Source: a virus (lineage: Duplodnaviria; Caudoviricetes). From it: DNA of 43,907 bases. The stretch spans positions 1 to 43,907 of IMG/VR virus record IMGVR_UViG_3300037458_001171. One strand, given 5' to 3'. The notes below the pieces were generated by a model. It saw nothing but the letters and a program-made list of their open reading frames with translations. It was not told the DNA's origin and did no database searches. Below, in pieces: positions 15,547 to 25,286 of this stretch. The first letter of the stretch is position 1; each line of letters starts with the position of its first letter. A program made the translations under genes and the position numbers.

Positions 15547-15732
15547 GAGCCTTTTATACTGGACATGCTCAGGTCCGTTGCGCCGGAGTCTTCTGATACT
15601 CCGTCCGTGTCATGCGAGGCCCATCCGGTCTCCCGGGCAGGACCTCCGGCCGCAGCGGTAGCCGTTGCTGGGAGCCTTTTTACGACATGCTCGGGTCGGG
15701 GCCTTTTTGACGGCCGACGTGCCCAGGTCGGC
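15547..15732 (-). repeat. three copies of the H-type pseudoknot motif in a structured 3' region
   Basis: 15699-15732 GCCGAC-CTGGGCAC-GTCGGC..AAAAA-GGCCC; 15672-15698 CGAC-CCGAGCAT-GTCG-TAAAAA-GGCTC; 15547-15576 GGAC-CTGAGCAT-GTCC-AGTATAAAA-GGCTC. Confidence 0.8.
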
Positions 15733-15823
15733 TGGGGCGGAGCCGGAGAGGTCCCCTGACTCCACCCGGATTGGTCCGGCCGGGATGACATCCCTCTCGG
15801 GAAATGGTCCCGGCCCGCCGTCG

Positions 15824-16387
15824 TCAGGCGGCCTTGGCGGCCTCTGCGGCGGCCTTCTCGGCGGCGCGCTTAGCGCGGTACGCCGCGAGGGCCTCCTGCG
15901 CCTTCTGGTTGACGACCTTCTTCTCGATGCCGGCGCCGTACGCGATCTGGATCTGCTCCTTATGCGAGAGGACCCACTCCGCCAGCTCGGCGTTGTTGTC
16001 CGAAGCGCCGAGCAGGGTGTTCCTGGCGGCTGTGGCCTTCTCCTCCTCCGTCATACGCTTCACGGTGGGCCAGCGGAACACCTCCAGGATGACGTCCGCG
16101 TGCTCGGAGACGAAGGCGAACTTCGGGTCGTTGGCCTCCTTGATCGCCTTGAGCGACTTGGCGAGCTTGTTCTGCTCGACCTTGGTGACCCGGCGGATCG
16201 TGCCGATGTCGAATGCGTTCTCGACGACGTCGCGATTGTCCAGGAGCCACGTGGCAAGCTCGGTGTTGCCCTCGGTCAGGGGGCGGAGCGCCTCCAGGAT
16301 TTTCGGGCGGCGCAGGTACTCGTTGGCCTCGGCCTTCGTGTTGAACTGCTTCCCGTCATCCGTGATAAATACCGATCTCACTTCCAT
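15824..16387 (-). CDS. conserved phage hypothetical protein with Lys/Ala-rich tail
   Basis: 187 aa, strong GC3 codon bias, downstream of motif B. Confidence 0.85.
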   Translation of the reverse strand: MEVRSVFITDDGKQFNTKAEANEYLRRPKILEALRPLTEGNTELATWLLDNRDVVENAFDIGTIRRVTKVEQNKLAKSLKAIKEANDPKFAFVSEHADVILEVFRWPTVKRMTEEEKATAARNTLLGASDNNAELAEWVLSHKEQIQIAYGAGIEKKVVNQKAQEALAAYRAKRAAEKAAAEAAKAA

Positions 16388-16451
16388 TTATTGCGTCCTT
16401 TTGTTGTGACCGCCTGGTCGCCGGCGGCACGCGCCCTTCCAACCCGTTTCC

Positions 16452-16467
16452 GGGTTAACTCAACGGG
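16452..16467 (-). promoter_or_regulatory. motif B, copy 2
   Basis: CCGGAA-CCCGTT-GAG-TTAACCC-GG. Confidence 0.65.
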
Positions 16468-16714
16468 TTCCGGCAGCTGCACCGCGGTGCGCCGGCCCGC
16501 CTCTGCCGGGCACGAGGTGACGCCGGGCGGGGCGCGCCGCCCCTCCGGAGTCCCCCGTGCCGCCCGCGCCCGCGGTGCCACGCCGGGCGCGTCTGCCGCG
16601 GCCGGGGGATCGTCCCCGGCGGGCCGTGCCGGGTCGCACCTGTGGCACACCCAGCCCATTCTCAGATGATTCTCTCCTGTCCTGTACGTCCCCCTCTCCG
16701 ATTGTGTCTTGCAC

Positions 16715-16969
16715 CTACTGCACCACGTCACCGCCGGGCTCCTTTTCGCTCAGATGCGCCTCGAACTTCTCCTTGAACTCGGCGGCGATATCCTTCCACG
16801 CGCTCGCGGATATCAGCTGATTCACGGCCAGCCTGGACTCGTCGGTCGCCAGCACAGCGTCGGCGTAGGTCTCCAGCGCGGCCATGACGAACAGCTGCAC
16901 CAGAGCGCCCCTCCTGGAGTACGTCATCAGCTCCGTGACGAACTCGACGTTGCTCAGTCTCTTCTTCAT
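16715..16969 (-). CDS. hypothetical protein
   Basis: 84 aa, ATGA overlap. Confidence 0.7.
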   Translation of the reverse strand: MKKRLSNVEFVTELMTYSRRGALVQLFVMAALETYADAVLATDESRLAVNQLISASAWKDIAAEFKEKFEAHLSEKEPGGDVVQ

Positions 16970-17964
16970 TCGAAAATCTCGTCGATGACCTTCGCGATGT
17001 ATGCCACGTCAGCCCTCCTGGGGTCCTCCGCCCTGAGCGCGTTTATGAGCTGGTGCATGTACGCCTGATCCACCCCTATCAGCTGTTCCCCGAGCACGGA
17101 GATATCCTCCAGATCCAGCTTGGACACCTGCAGCATCATCTTGAGGGCCTGTCCCGCCGTTATCCTCCAGCCCCTGGCTATGAATTTACGCATCCGGAAC
17201 ACCGACGCCAGCGGGTACAGGCTCCCCGTGTACACCAGGGTTTTGGAGAGTATCGCCGCGAGGGCCTCCCGCGGCACCTCGATCCTGTCCGCCCTGTAAT
17301 CGTACCAGCACCGGCAGTGGTCGTAGTCGTAATTGTCGAGGATCTTGTCCGGCTCCCCGTAGAATCGGATGACGATCTGCACCCTGTCGGACAGAGTAAC
17401 GGCATTCTCGGAGAAAAATATCGGTCTGTACTTCCCGCGATCCTCCTTGATCTTCTCCACGAACATCTCCGCGCTGCGGATGGGGTCGGACGCCACCATA
17501 TCGTACAACTCGTCCGTATGGCGCAGTGTCTCCACGAACGCGTCGGCGGCTCTCTCCGGGGCGGATTCGAAATAGGCGTACTGCCCGGCGCCCTCGGAGG
17601 CCACTCCGGCGCTCTTCATATAGATGACGATCCTGTCCTCCAGCTCTCCGCGGATGTTCTCCCTGGTTTCCTCCCTAATCACCGGATTATGCGGCAGCGC
17701 TACGGCGGACGGCAGCTTCCCGTTATCCGCGTTGAACTTGTCCACGTAGTACCCGGCCACGAGCCTCGCGGACTCCTTGGTGCGCATGTACACGTCGTAA
17801 TCGTTTACGCGCTCCTCCGACAGCATGCTGACAATGCACCCGCCGGACACGATCGCGTCATCGCGCACGGCGTCGCGAACGATCTCGCTCTCGATGGACT
17901 CTATCCACTCGTCTAGCTTGCGTCTGATCACCCTCTTTATGGTGCTCTGTTTCATTCCAGGCAT
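16966..17964 (-). CDS. Pol-beta-superfamily nucleotidyltransferase-like protein
   Basis: IVSGGCIVSML...VNDYDVY (hGG...DxD motif), later NYDYDHC and RMRKFIARGW. Confidence 0.65.
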   Translation of the reverse strand: MPGMKQSTIKRVIRRKLDEWIESIESEIVRDAVRDDAIVSGGCIVSMLSEERVNDYDVYMRTKESARLVAGYYVDKFNADNGKLPSAVALPHNPVIREETRENIRGELEDRIVIYMKSAGVASEGAGQYAYFESAPERAADAFVETLRHTDELYDMVASDPIRSAEMFVEKIKEDRGKYRPIFFSENAVTLSDRVQIVIRFYGEPDKILDNYDYDHCRCWYDYRADRIEVPREALAAILSKTLVYTGSLYPLASVFRMRKFIARGWRITAGQALKMMLQVSKLDLEDISVLGEQLIGVDQAYMHQLINALRAEDPRRADVAYIAKVIDEIFE

Positions 17965-17983
17965 TGCATCTCCCGAGTTAAAT

Positions 17984-18889
17984 CTAGCCGTCTATCGTCA
18001 TGTCCCTGAAACCGATGGCCCTGGGGAATCTGGGCAGATTTTTCGCGCCCCTCCCGAAGAATCGGAACTTCAGGCGGACACTCTCGTTGCCGATGTACAT
18101 CTCCTTGTTCAGCCATATCCTGCGGCGCTCCTCGTGATCGAACACGCCGGGCGCCACGGACACCGCCTGCCCGTCCAGGTCCACCACGAATGCCCCGAGC
18201 GTGCCGGCCGCGAACAGACCGTCCTTTGTGGTGGACCGCTCCGCGTAGCCCAGAGCGTCGTGCTTCAGCTCGTTGAGGTTGGTCATCTGCTCCTCGACGC
18301 CCACGATAACGCCCTCGGTGTCCTCGAAGCGCTTCAGCTTGTAGATAAGGCCCTCCCCCCACGTGCCCCTGCCTTGCTTGTATACACCGACGGGGTCGCG
18401 CATCACTAAGCCCTCGAAACCGGCGGCCAGCATCCGCTCCTCGTAGTCCAGGAGTTCTTCCTCCCGTTCCACTAGATGATGCTCCAGGACCTCAATGTCG
18501 TCCTGCCGTCCGATTATCTTTTGGATCTTCTCCAGGCGCTCGTGAAACGGACGGTGCAGCCAGTCCGGGGCGGTGTAATCGAATGCATAAAGCCTGATAT
18601 CCCCCGGTTTGTCTTTCGACATCACATGACTCTGCGTCCTGTTACACACGTCGTGATCCGCCGGATTTCCCTCCGCGATCTCCCCGTCGAAATGTTCATA
18701 CGGCCCGAACTGGAACTGGACCTGGGCCGACGGCAGGGGCTTGAATTTACGGGACATGACCACCCCGCCCTTCACCACCGCGCGTATCCCATCGATTTTC
18801 GGGGAGCATAGCAGGGGATACCGCAATTCCCTGAAATAGTTGGCGTACCCCATCGGATCCTTCTGGGGGCACAGCATCGGTCTGAACAT
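17984..18889 (-). CDS. ATP-dependent DNA ligase
   Basis: KIDGIR (motif I), FDGEI, YAFD, FEGLVMR, YKLK, C-terminal PRFP. Confidence 0.95.
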   Translation of the reverse strand: MFRPMLCPQKDPMGYANYFRELRYPLLCSPKIDGIRAVVKGGVVMSRKFKPLPSAQVQFQFGPYEHFDGEIAEGNPADHDVCNRTQSHVMSKDKPGDIRLYAFDYTAPDWLHRPFHERLEKIQKIIGRQDDIEVLEHHLVEREEELLDYEERMLAAGFEGLVMRDPVGVYKQGRGTWGEGLIYKLKRFEDTEGVIVGVEEQMTNLNELKHDALGYAERSTTKDGLFAAGTLGAFVVDLDGQAVSVAPGVFDHEERRRIWLNKEMYIGNESVRLKFRFFGRGAKNLPRFPRAIGFRDMTIDG

Positions 18890-18897
18890 CGGCCTCC

Positions 18898-19185
18898 CTA
18901 CATTGTTGGGTTGTCCGCCAGGATGTCCCGCAGACGCTGGAATCTCTGCTGCGGGTGATCCGTCAGGAATATGTCATCCAAATCCACCTCTCCGCCGGTC
19001 TGGTCCATGCGCAGGGCGCGCACCCACAGGCCGTGCACGATTAGCCCGTACGCCTGGAACTGCTGTATCGCGTGCAGGGAGAGCCCGATAAACCCCACCG
19101 GGTCCGCCGGCCAGTCCGCCGGGACTACATCGTCCGAATCCAGATACAGCGCTATTCTGTCGTCCTCCGGGCATTTTACCTGCAT
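18898..19185 (-). CDS. hypothetical protein
   Basis: 95 aa, AGGAG SD. Confidence 0.65.
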   Translation of the reverse strand: MQVKCPEDDRIALYLDSDDVVPADWPADPVGFIGLSLHAIQQFQAYGLIVHGLWVRALRMDQTGGEVDLDDIFLTDHPQQRFQRLRDILADNPTM

Positions 19186-19194
19186 TTGCGGCTC

Positions 19195-21096
19195 CTATCT
19201 GATCGGACAGTGCCCTGTCTCGCACTCCTCATTGGATTCATACTCTGCCTCTTCCACGCCGTATATGGGCGTCGTGACGGATACCAGCCTCTCGTACTCT
19301 TCTCTAGTGATCTCCTCGTACGGGGCCTGCGGGAATCCGTGGTCCGAGTGGAGGAGGAAGGACAGGGACTTGTGATTGTTCCGGTAGTGCTTGTGCAGGT
19401 AGTCCCGTATTGCGGGCAGCTCTTCTTTTCTGTAGTACACCGTGCACGAGACGGAGTTGTCGGACCACACCTCCTGCATCCGCCGGATCGCCTGCAGCTG
19501 GTCCAGCGCCGTCATCTGCGAGGCCAGCTTGGTGCCCTCCGGGTACGCGAACGGGAACGTCACGACCGCCGTGTTGTAGTTGACGGTGCCGTCCAGATTC
19601 CTGAGATGCTCCACAGGATAGCCGTGTTTCCTGCAGACGTCCACGAGCTTGTGGTTGGAATCGATGTTGATCCGGCGGTACATATACTGCGCGTACGCCG
19701 GATGTATACCCGGCGTGACCCCGGGCAGCAGCGACAGCGTCCCGGACGGCTTCACGGTGGTCAGCTTGATCGACGGGTTGACGTCGTGCATGGTGGAGTA
19801 TCTCTCGTCGAAGTCCCGGAGGTACTCGTAGCACTCCCCGAGCCACGACATCTGCTCTTTGGACGCCTGCATGATTCCGGTCAGTCCGATGCCCATCCGC
19901 ATATTCTTGTGCACCACGGCCTCCGTCTCTGGATGATGCGAAGGCAGCATCAGGCTGTGCTTGCAGATTCTGTAGAGCAGCTCGGCGCAGTCGAACAGCT
20001 CCTCCTTGGACTCGATGTTCGGCAGGAAGATCTCCGCCAGGCAGCACGTCTCCTTGTCCTCCAGGCTCTGCTCGGCGCACGGGTTGTATCCCATGACGTG
20101 CGGGTCGGGATACTGGTCCTCCCCGAGCCTGCCCACCTTCCTGGACAGGCGCAGATTGATCAGGCCGTACGGCTCCCCCTTTCCCTCGTATCCGGCCCAG
20201 AAGTACTCGTGCAGGTCACGGATATCGTCGCAGGCGACCGAGTTGTTGGACATCGCGCGCCACCGGGGTATGTTTCCTATATCCCAGCGTTTGGCCAGCA
20301 GATACTCGATATCGTCCGGGTCACCGATGGCTATCTGGGCGGAGCGGCGCACGTTGCCCGCCACGATGATGTCTCCGATGATGTTCATCATGTCCAGCGC
20401 GTCTATGGGGCGAATCTTCTTTCCGCGGCGCAGCTCCAGCACCCTGCTGATCTCGTTGATCCCGGAGCACAGATCCTCCGGGCCGGAGGCGACCCCGCCG
20501 AAGCCTTTTATGGGAGAGCCCTTACCGCGCACCACCTGCGTCGAGTACGTGAATGTCCCCTTGGATATCGAGTCCGACAGGAACGCCGCCTTCAGGGTCT
20601 TTCCGAGGAACTTCACCCATCCTTCTCTGGAGTCCGGAATGATGAAGTCGGCCCCGCCGTGGTCCACGCGCTCCGGGGCCCTGAACCAGTCACGCACGGC
20701 CGGTATCTTCCCCACATGCTCCCTCTGGATGTTGTAGCCCACCCCGGAGCCCAGCGCCAGCATGTCCATAGTCCAGCAGAAGGGACGTATCGGGTGGTTG
20801 ACCAGCGTGAAGGCGCAGTTCTGCAGGGAGGCCAGCCCGAGGCGGTCCACAGTCTTCGTGCCGAGCTGCCACAGAAAGCGCCCGGCCGGGGTGCCCTTCA
20901 GCAGGAGTATGTACTCCAGCATCCGGTACTCCTCGTCCCGCGTAAATCCCACATTCAGCTGCTCGCGGCACGCCGCTATTACGCGTCTGGCGACCTCCGG
21001 CCACTCCTCGGTCCTTCCGGTGCCTTCCACTCTTCGCGAGTACGTCCTCTTGGCCGTCAGATAGCCGACCGAGCTCCAGGGGGTTACAATATCCAT
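19195..21096 (-). CDS. nrdJ: class II (adenosylcobalamin-dependent) ribonucleotide reductase
   Basis: PAGRFLWQLG, LQNCAF, GNVRRSA, NPCAEQSL, TTVKPSGT, C-terminal CETGHCPIR; no beta-subunit gene nearby; start MDIVTPW at 21096. Confidence 0.92.
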   Translation of the reverse strand: MDIVTPWSSVGYLTAKRTYSRRVEGTGRTEEWPEVARRVIAACREQLNVGFTRDEEYRMLEYILLLKGTPAGRFLWQLGTKTVDRLGLASLQNCAFTLVNHPIRPFCWTMDMLALGSGVGYNIQREHVGKIPAVRDWFRAPERVDHGGADFIIPDSREGWVKFLGKTLKAAFLSDSISKGTFTYSTQVVRGKGSPIKGFGGVASGPEDLCSGINEISRVLELRRGKKIRPIDALDMMNIIGDIIVAGNVRRSAQIAIGDPDDIEYLLAKRWDIGNIPRWRAMSNNSVACDDIRDLHEYFWAGYEGKGEPYGLINLRLSRKVGRLGEDQYPDPHVMGYNPCAEQSLEDKETCCLAEIFLPNIESKEELFDCAELLYRICKHSLMLPSHHPETEAVVHKNMRMGIGLTGIMQASKEQMSWLGECYEYLRDFDERYSTMHDVNPSIKLTTVKPSGTLSLLPGVTPGIHPAYAQYMYRRINIDSNHKLVDVCRKHGYPVEHLRNLDGTVNYNTAVVTFPFAYPEGTKLASQMTALDQLQAIRRMQEVWSDNSVSCTVYYRKEELPAIRDYLHKHYRNNHKSLSFLLHSDHGFPQAPYEEITREEYERLVSVTTPIYGVEEAEYESNEECETGHCPIR

Positions 21097-21103
21097 GTTT
21101 TTC

Positions 21104-22759
21104 CTATAGCGTGACGAACTCTTCGTTGACGTCTTCCTCGCACGCAATCAAGCGTCCCGTCTCAGGAATGTATCTGGCGCCTCGCACGCTTCCCGTCTGG
21201 CCCATCGTTCTGCTCTTCAGAACACGCATCTTTATCGTGTTCCGCTCGCGCTCTATCTCGGCCGTCATATTCCTTGCGAAAGAAATAACATCGAAAGAGA
21301 TCTGTTTGATGGAACCCGAGCCCTTTATGTCATCGAGACTCGGGAGTCTGCCCTCTTCGAACGACTTGCCTACGGTAGCGGGCGTCTTCCGCAGGTGTGA
21401 AACAATCCCCAGCCACAGCGGGTACTTTTTGACCAGGCGCAGCATCCTGTTCATCACCTTGTCCTGCGCCTCGTTCCCGGTCAGATCCCCGGCCCCCTCC
21501 GACACCAGAATCGTAATGTGATCTATGTAGATGTACTGGCAGCCGGACAGGCACATGTACTCCATCTTGTCTACGATCGACTCGTCCACCAGAGCTCCCT
21601 GGTGATCCAGCAGCATTATCCTGTCGTCCCCGAAAAAGCTGTCGAACCCCGGCCTGAGCTCCTGCAGCGGTATCTCCTCTAGAGCCGGATTTCGGCCGAT
21701 CTCCATTCCGGCTATCTTTCTGGCGAACTCCGGCGGCGACTCTTCCAAAGATATCACACCCAGCCTCACATCCGGTGTCGTCTGCGCCTTCGTCCATATC
21801 ATGTCCTCCCTGAGCAGCGTGCTCTTGCCGCTGCCGGTGCCGGAGATGAACAGCGTTATCTCCCCGAGACGCTTCCCTTTTAACTTGGCGTTAACGCCCG
21901 CCATGCACGGCGGATACGGCAGGGACGGCAGCTGGTTGTACTGCTCCAGAGCCTCCCATATCGCCTCCTTGCCTATTATGCCCACAGGCACGTACGGCGC
22001 CGCGTCGAAGACGAACTGCAGAACCCGGCCGCCGCCGTGCTTTTTGAGCACCTCGTTGGCGTCCTTCAGGTCCTCCGGCAATTTGACCAGCTTCGCCTTG
22101 TCGTACCCCACTATCTTCACCGCTTCCGCGGTCGCCTTTTCCCCGACATCGTCGTTGTCCAGGAACAGCACCACCTCCTGGAATGATCTGACCCAGTCCC
22201 TGTTCTCCAGTATTGCCTTGGTCTCCGAGGCCGATGCCAGGGACACGACCGGATAGATCTTCCCGTACTTCTCCAGAGAGGCCTGCGCCACGCTCATCGC
22301 GTCGATCTCTCCCTCCGTGATGATCAGACGCTTCCCGGCGCCGTTGAACAGGTGCTGCCCGAACAGATTTTTGGACTTGGACACCCAGCTGAATGACTTC
22401 GGCAGACGGCGCTGTTTGTACGCGCGGCCCTTGTCGTACGGATAGAAGTGCGAGTCCACGTCTCCATCCTCGTCATACGAGACACGGATTCCGAAGAAGT
22501 CGGTCACCTCTTTGCTGATTTTCCGATCCTTTATGCCCAGCGCCATCGGAAGCTTAGACACGTCATCCGCCGTGATTTTCTGTTCCTTGCTCATATGCTT
22601 TACGGCCTCCTTGATGACATCCGCGTCAGAGTATTCCTTTCCGAAAAATCGCCGACACGAGAAACAGAAGCTAGTCCCGTCCTCGTATAGCTGTCTCGCA
22701 TCGTGGCTCCCGCACGATTTATCGGGACACGCCAGATTTTTCTTTACTATCTTTCCCAT
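21104..22759 (-). CDS. T7 gp4-like primase-helicase
   Basis: N-terminal Zn finger (CPDKSC...CFSC), TOPRIM TEGEIDAMS/DND, Walker A GTGSGKST, IDHI, VSHLRK, KGSGSIKQ. Confidence 0.95.
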   Translation of the reverse strand: MGKIVKKNLACPDKSCGSHDARQLYEDGTSFCFSCRRFFGKEYSDADVIKEAVKHMSKEQKITADDVSKLPMALGIKDRKISKEVTDFFGIRVSYDEDGDVDSHFYPYDKGRAYKQRRLPKSFSWVSKSKNLFGQHLFNGAGKRLIITEGEIDAMSVAQASLEKYGKIYPVVSLASASETKAILENRDWVRSFQEVVLFLDNDDVGEKATAEAVKIVGYDKAKLVKLPEDLKDANEVLKKHGGGRVLQFVFDAAPYVPVGIIGKEAIWEALEQYNQLPSLPYPPCMAGVNAKLKGKRLGEITLFISGTGSGKSTLLREDMIWTKAQTTPDVRLGVISLEESPPEFARKIAGMEIGRNPALEEIPLQELRPGFDSFFGDDRIMLLDHQGALVDESIVDKMEYMCLSGCQYIYIDHITILVSEGAGDLTGNEAQDKVMNRMLRLVKKYPLWLGIVSHLRKTPATVGKSFEEGRLPSLDDIKGSGSIKQISFDVISFARNMTAEIERERNTIKMRVLKSRTMGQTGSVRGARYIPETGRLIACEEDVNEEFVTL

Positions 22760-22952
22760 CTTTAAAACCCTCGAAGGCGCTCCCGACCCCCTTTGCGAAC
22801 ACGGATCCCACAACCATGGCGACCAGTAGGAACGTCCATTCCTGCAGCTCCATACGCCTGTCGGACAGCAACAGATACAGAGATCCCACGACCGATATGG
22901 CGGAGGCCACCAGCGCCTGTATTATGCTGAGCACGTCCATCAGCTTACTCAT
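22719..22952 (-). CDS. small membrane protein (2 TM)
   Basis: Two hydrophobic segments. Confidence 0.6.
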   Translation of the reverse strand: MSKLMDVLSIIQALVASAISVVGSLYLLLSDRRMELQEWTFLLVAMVVGSVFAKGVGSAFEGFKDGKDSKEKSGVSR

Positions 22953-23433
22953 CGAAGTTCTCCCACTTGGTGACTCTCATAAGCCTCTGCTTGTGTCTGT
23001 CGGTTATCCGCTCTCTAACGCTCCACGAGACCTTCTCTATCAGGCTGTTATACCAGCAATTGCTCGTGGGCGCCTCTACGAAGCACAGCGACCAGGTCTC
23101 CGAGTAAGATAGAGTGCCTTTAGTACGGTACTGCTCCAGACAGATGAAATCGAACTCATCTTTGGGGCGAACCTTCAGCAGCTCGTTCAACACCTTGCTG
23201 GAGGAGGTGTATTTTCGCCAGTTGGATTCCTGCCCCCTGTTTATGCGGCCCATCCCCTTGAACAGCTTTTTACCCAGGTAGAACCGCTCGAGGACTCTGT
23301 CTCTTATCACGTAAATGAAGCCCACCAGGTGCGCGTCCGATCCCATCTGCTCGGGGAACTTCCAGTGCCCGTTGTCGAAGCGCACGGAAGGGGGCGGCAT
23401 TCCAGAGCCCGGTATAGGACCCCTGTAGCTCAT
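22945..23433 (-). CDS. GIY-YIG-like (Seg-like) nuclease
   Basis: GFIYVIRD...FYLGKK...ESNWRKYTSSS...E...YN pattern. Confidence 0.7.
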   Translation of the reverse strand: MSYRGPIPGSGMPPPSVRFDNGHWKFPEQMGSDAHLVGFIYVIRDRVLERFYLGKKLFKGMGRINRGQESNWRKYTSSSKVLNELLKVRPKDEFDFICLEQYRTKGTLSYSETWSLCFVEAPTSNCWYNSLIEKVSWSVRERITDRHKQRLMRVTKWENFDE

Positions 23434-24278
23434 GCCGCGCCCCCATCCGGCCACCCGTCCAGACTGAAGTAATCCCCCGGATGACGCTGCAGGTACAGCA
23501 TCTTCCCGTTACTGAGCAGATAGCCGCGCCAGTCGTCCCCGTACACGTGTCTGTACATGAATAGCACGGTTTCCCTCAGCTCCTCCTCTGATGCGCACCC
23601 TTCTAGCAGCTTGTCGGCCGTTTTGGGGCCCACTCCCGGTATCCCGGGGACGTGATCCACTCCGTCCCCCGTCAGCAGCTGCCTGTAGAAGTACCTGAGG
23701 GCCTCCCACTCCGATATCTCGTACAGATTCACATCCGGTATGGCGGAGTACCGCTCCATCAGATTGAGCTTCTTCATCCGAAAGTGCTTTCCCGGTATGC
23801 ACCTGAGATCCTTGTCTATCGTGCACACGATGTAGGGATCCCCGGCGGCGGCCGCCTCCACCGCCCAGGTCCGCATCAGATCGTCGGCCTCCCCGCCGTC
23901 GGCCTGCACCGCCATGTCCTCCGCCACCGCCAGACTGCGCAGCGTGGGGACGAATAGATTCTGCCTGTGCAGATCGGGGTGTCTGTTAATCTTGTATTCC
24001 GGGTACATGGCGTTCCGGAAGTTGTTCTCGCCCTTCACGGCCATCAGAAACTCCGTGCAGAACAGCGTGTCCAGTAGCGAGTCCAGATCCCTCTTGAAGT
24101 TGTCCCAGGATTCCTCGAGATATTGCCGATCCTCCTCCGGAGTGAATTCCAGCGGCAGCTGCTTCCCGGAGGCATCCAATCTGACGAAATTCACGCCGCC
24201 CGTCTGCTGCGCTTTTTTAACGTGCCTGGGACGGCAGGCTTGATAGGCCAGCACGTCGCCGTCGATTATGGCCAGCAT
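23430..24278 (-). CDS. 5'-3' exonuclease / RNase H (T7 gp6-like)
   Basis: IIDGDVLAY, NFR...YKINR, EADDL, DKDL, GDGVDHVPGIPGVGPKTA (H3TH). Confidence 0.93.
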   Translation of the reverse strand: MLAIIDGDVLAYQACRPRHVKKAQQTGGVNFVRLDASGKQLPLEFTPEEDRQYLEESWDNFKRDLDSLLDTLFCTEFLMAVKGENNFRNAMYPEYKINRHPDLHRQNLFVPTLRSLAVAEDMAVQADGGEADDLMRTWAVEAAAAGDPYIVCTIDKDLRCIPGKHFRMKKLNLMERYSAIPDVNLYEISEWEALRYFYRQLLTGDGVDHVPGIPGVGPKTADKLLEGCASEEELRETVLFMYRHVYGDDWRGYLLSNGKMLYLQRHPGDYFSLDGWPDGGAA

Positions 24279-24306
24279 CTAGAATGCTCCAATTTCATCG
24301 TCCATC

Positions 24307-24795
24307 CTACGCGATCCTCGCGGAGACTCTCTTTCCCATCTGGATCATCGGCGCCAGCCAGTACGGCGGCTCTCTGCTGGTGTACGTGCACGGGATGGCC
24401 GACGCCTTGTAGGCGTAGTATCTGCGGTATGACTCCACGGCGTCCGGGCCCTTGAACTCGGGCGGCATGCACAGCTCGAACGGGGAGGAGCCGACCGGCA
24501 CGTGCACAAGAGGCTCCCTCACGTACTCCATCACCTCCGTGCAGGCGTGCCGTCTCCTGAAGCGCCTCTCGTATTCCAGGCAGATCGCTGTCCCGTGCCT
24601 GACGGTCCACTGATAGTTCTGCAGGAACGCTCCGGCCCACAGCACGCACGGGTGCATGGCGTGGGTGGGCTTGTACGGGCCGCCGTTCACCGTGGAGAGA
24701 ATCTGCGCCGTCTCCAGCGCCTGGGATCTCACGTGCTTGTCGAACAGGAAGCCGGCGGCCTCCTCCGGGTCCAGGCTGAGGACGAATATGTTCAC
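24307..24795 (-). CDS. pyrimidine-dimer DNA glycosylase / endonuclease V-like protein
   Basis: GTG start MNIFVLS...DKHV...ETAQILST...YKPTHAMHPC..W...NYQW...EY..RF...H. Confidence 0.85.
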   Translation of the reverse strand: MNIFVLSLDPEEAAGFLFDKHVRSQALETAQILSTVNGGPYKPTHAMHPCVLWAGAFLQNYQWTVRHGTAICLEYERRFRRRHACTEVMEYVREPLVHVPVGSSPFELCMPPEFKGPDAVESYRRYYAYKASAIPCTYTSREPPYWLAPMIQMGKRVSARIA

Positions 24796-25019
24796 TTTTC
24801 CAGGCCCTCTATCACGCGCGCGATACTCTTGTACTTGACTCCGGGGAGGCGCTGCAGCGCCGCCGCGTCCGTGCAGTCTTTGGCTTTTCCGACAGAATAG
24901 AACCTGTCCTTCGGCACCAGTACCACATCGCCCGGGCGCACGGGCGCACTGTGCAGATACGTGTACGGCTTGGACCAGTAGCCCCTGTCGTAAAAGCAAA
25001 CGGAAACCGCGAATTCCAT
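24792..25019 (-). CDS. small hypothetical protein
   Basis: V.V.F...SKPYTY...V.PGD.VLVP pattern. Confidence 0.7.
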   Translation of the reverse strand: MEFAVSVCFYDRGYWSKPYTYLHSAPVRPGDVVLVPKDRFYSVGKAKDCTDAAALQRLPGVKYKSIARVIEGLEK

Positions 25020-25286
25020 CTAAATCTCCAGAACGGTGAAATTTCTCGTGTTTTTCCTGATCAGCAATTCGGTGGCGATCGCCTGATAGTCGGCAAGGTC
25101 CCTCCAGTCATCCAGGAGGAAAACCGTCACGTCCGAGTAGCCGCGGAGCTGGTGCGCCTCCGAGACGAATTTGTACATCCAGGCGTGCCTCGTCACCGAT
25201 AGGAACTTGTTGAACCTGACCCTGCTCCCGGTGATCACCAGGCGCACCGGGAGACGGTCAGTGGACGGCGTACCACGTGTCGCCAA
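25020..25286 (-). CDS. hypothetical protein
   Basis: Fills the gap after the polymerase; start uncertain. Confidence 0.5.
   Translation of the reverse strand: MATRGTPSTDRLPVRLVITGSRVRFNKFLSVTRHAWMYKFVSEAHQLRGYSDVTVFLLDDWRDLADYQAIATELLIRKNTRNFTVLEI

Noticed and set aside
15547-15732. CRISPR mini-array
   Set aside because: Copies are non-identical, irregularly spaced (two are adjacent) and conserve pairing rather than sequence; no cas genes.
16378-16731. 117-aa CxxC...CxxC ORF
   Set aside because: The N-terminal zinc-finger-like part may be real, but the rest is low-complexity GC-rich sequence running across motif B; too uncertain to call.
19072-21114. Long plus-strand ORFs (also 34133-36193, 5362-6468, 38893-39903 and others)
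   Set aside because: Antisense shadows of GC3-biased minus-strand genes; no recognisable motifs.
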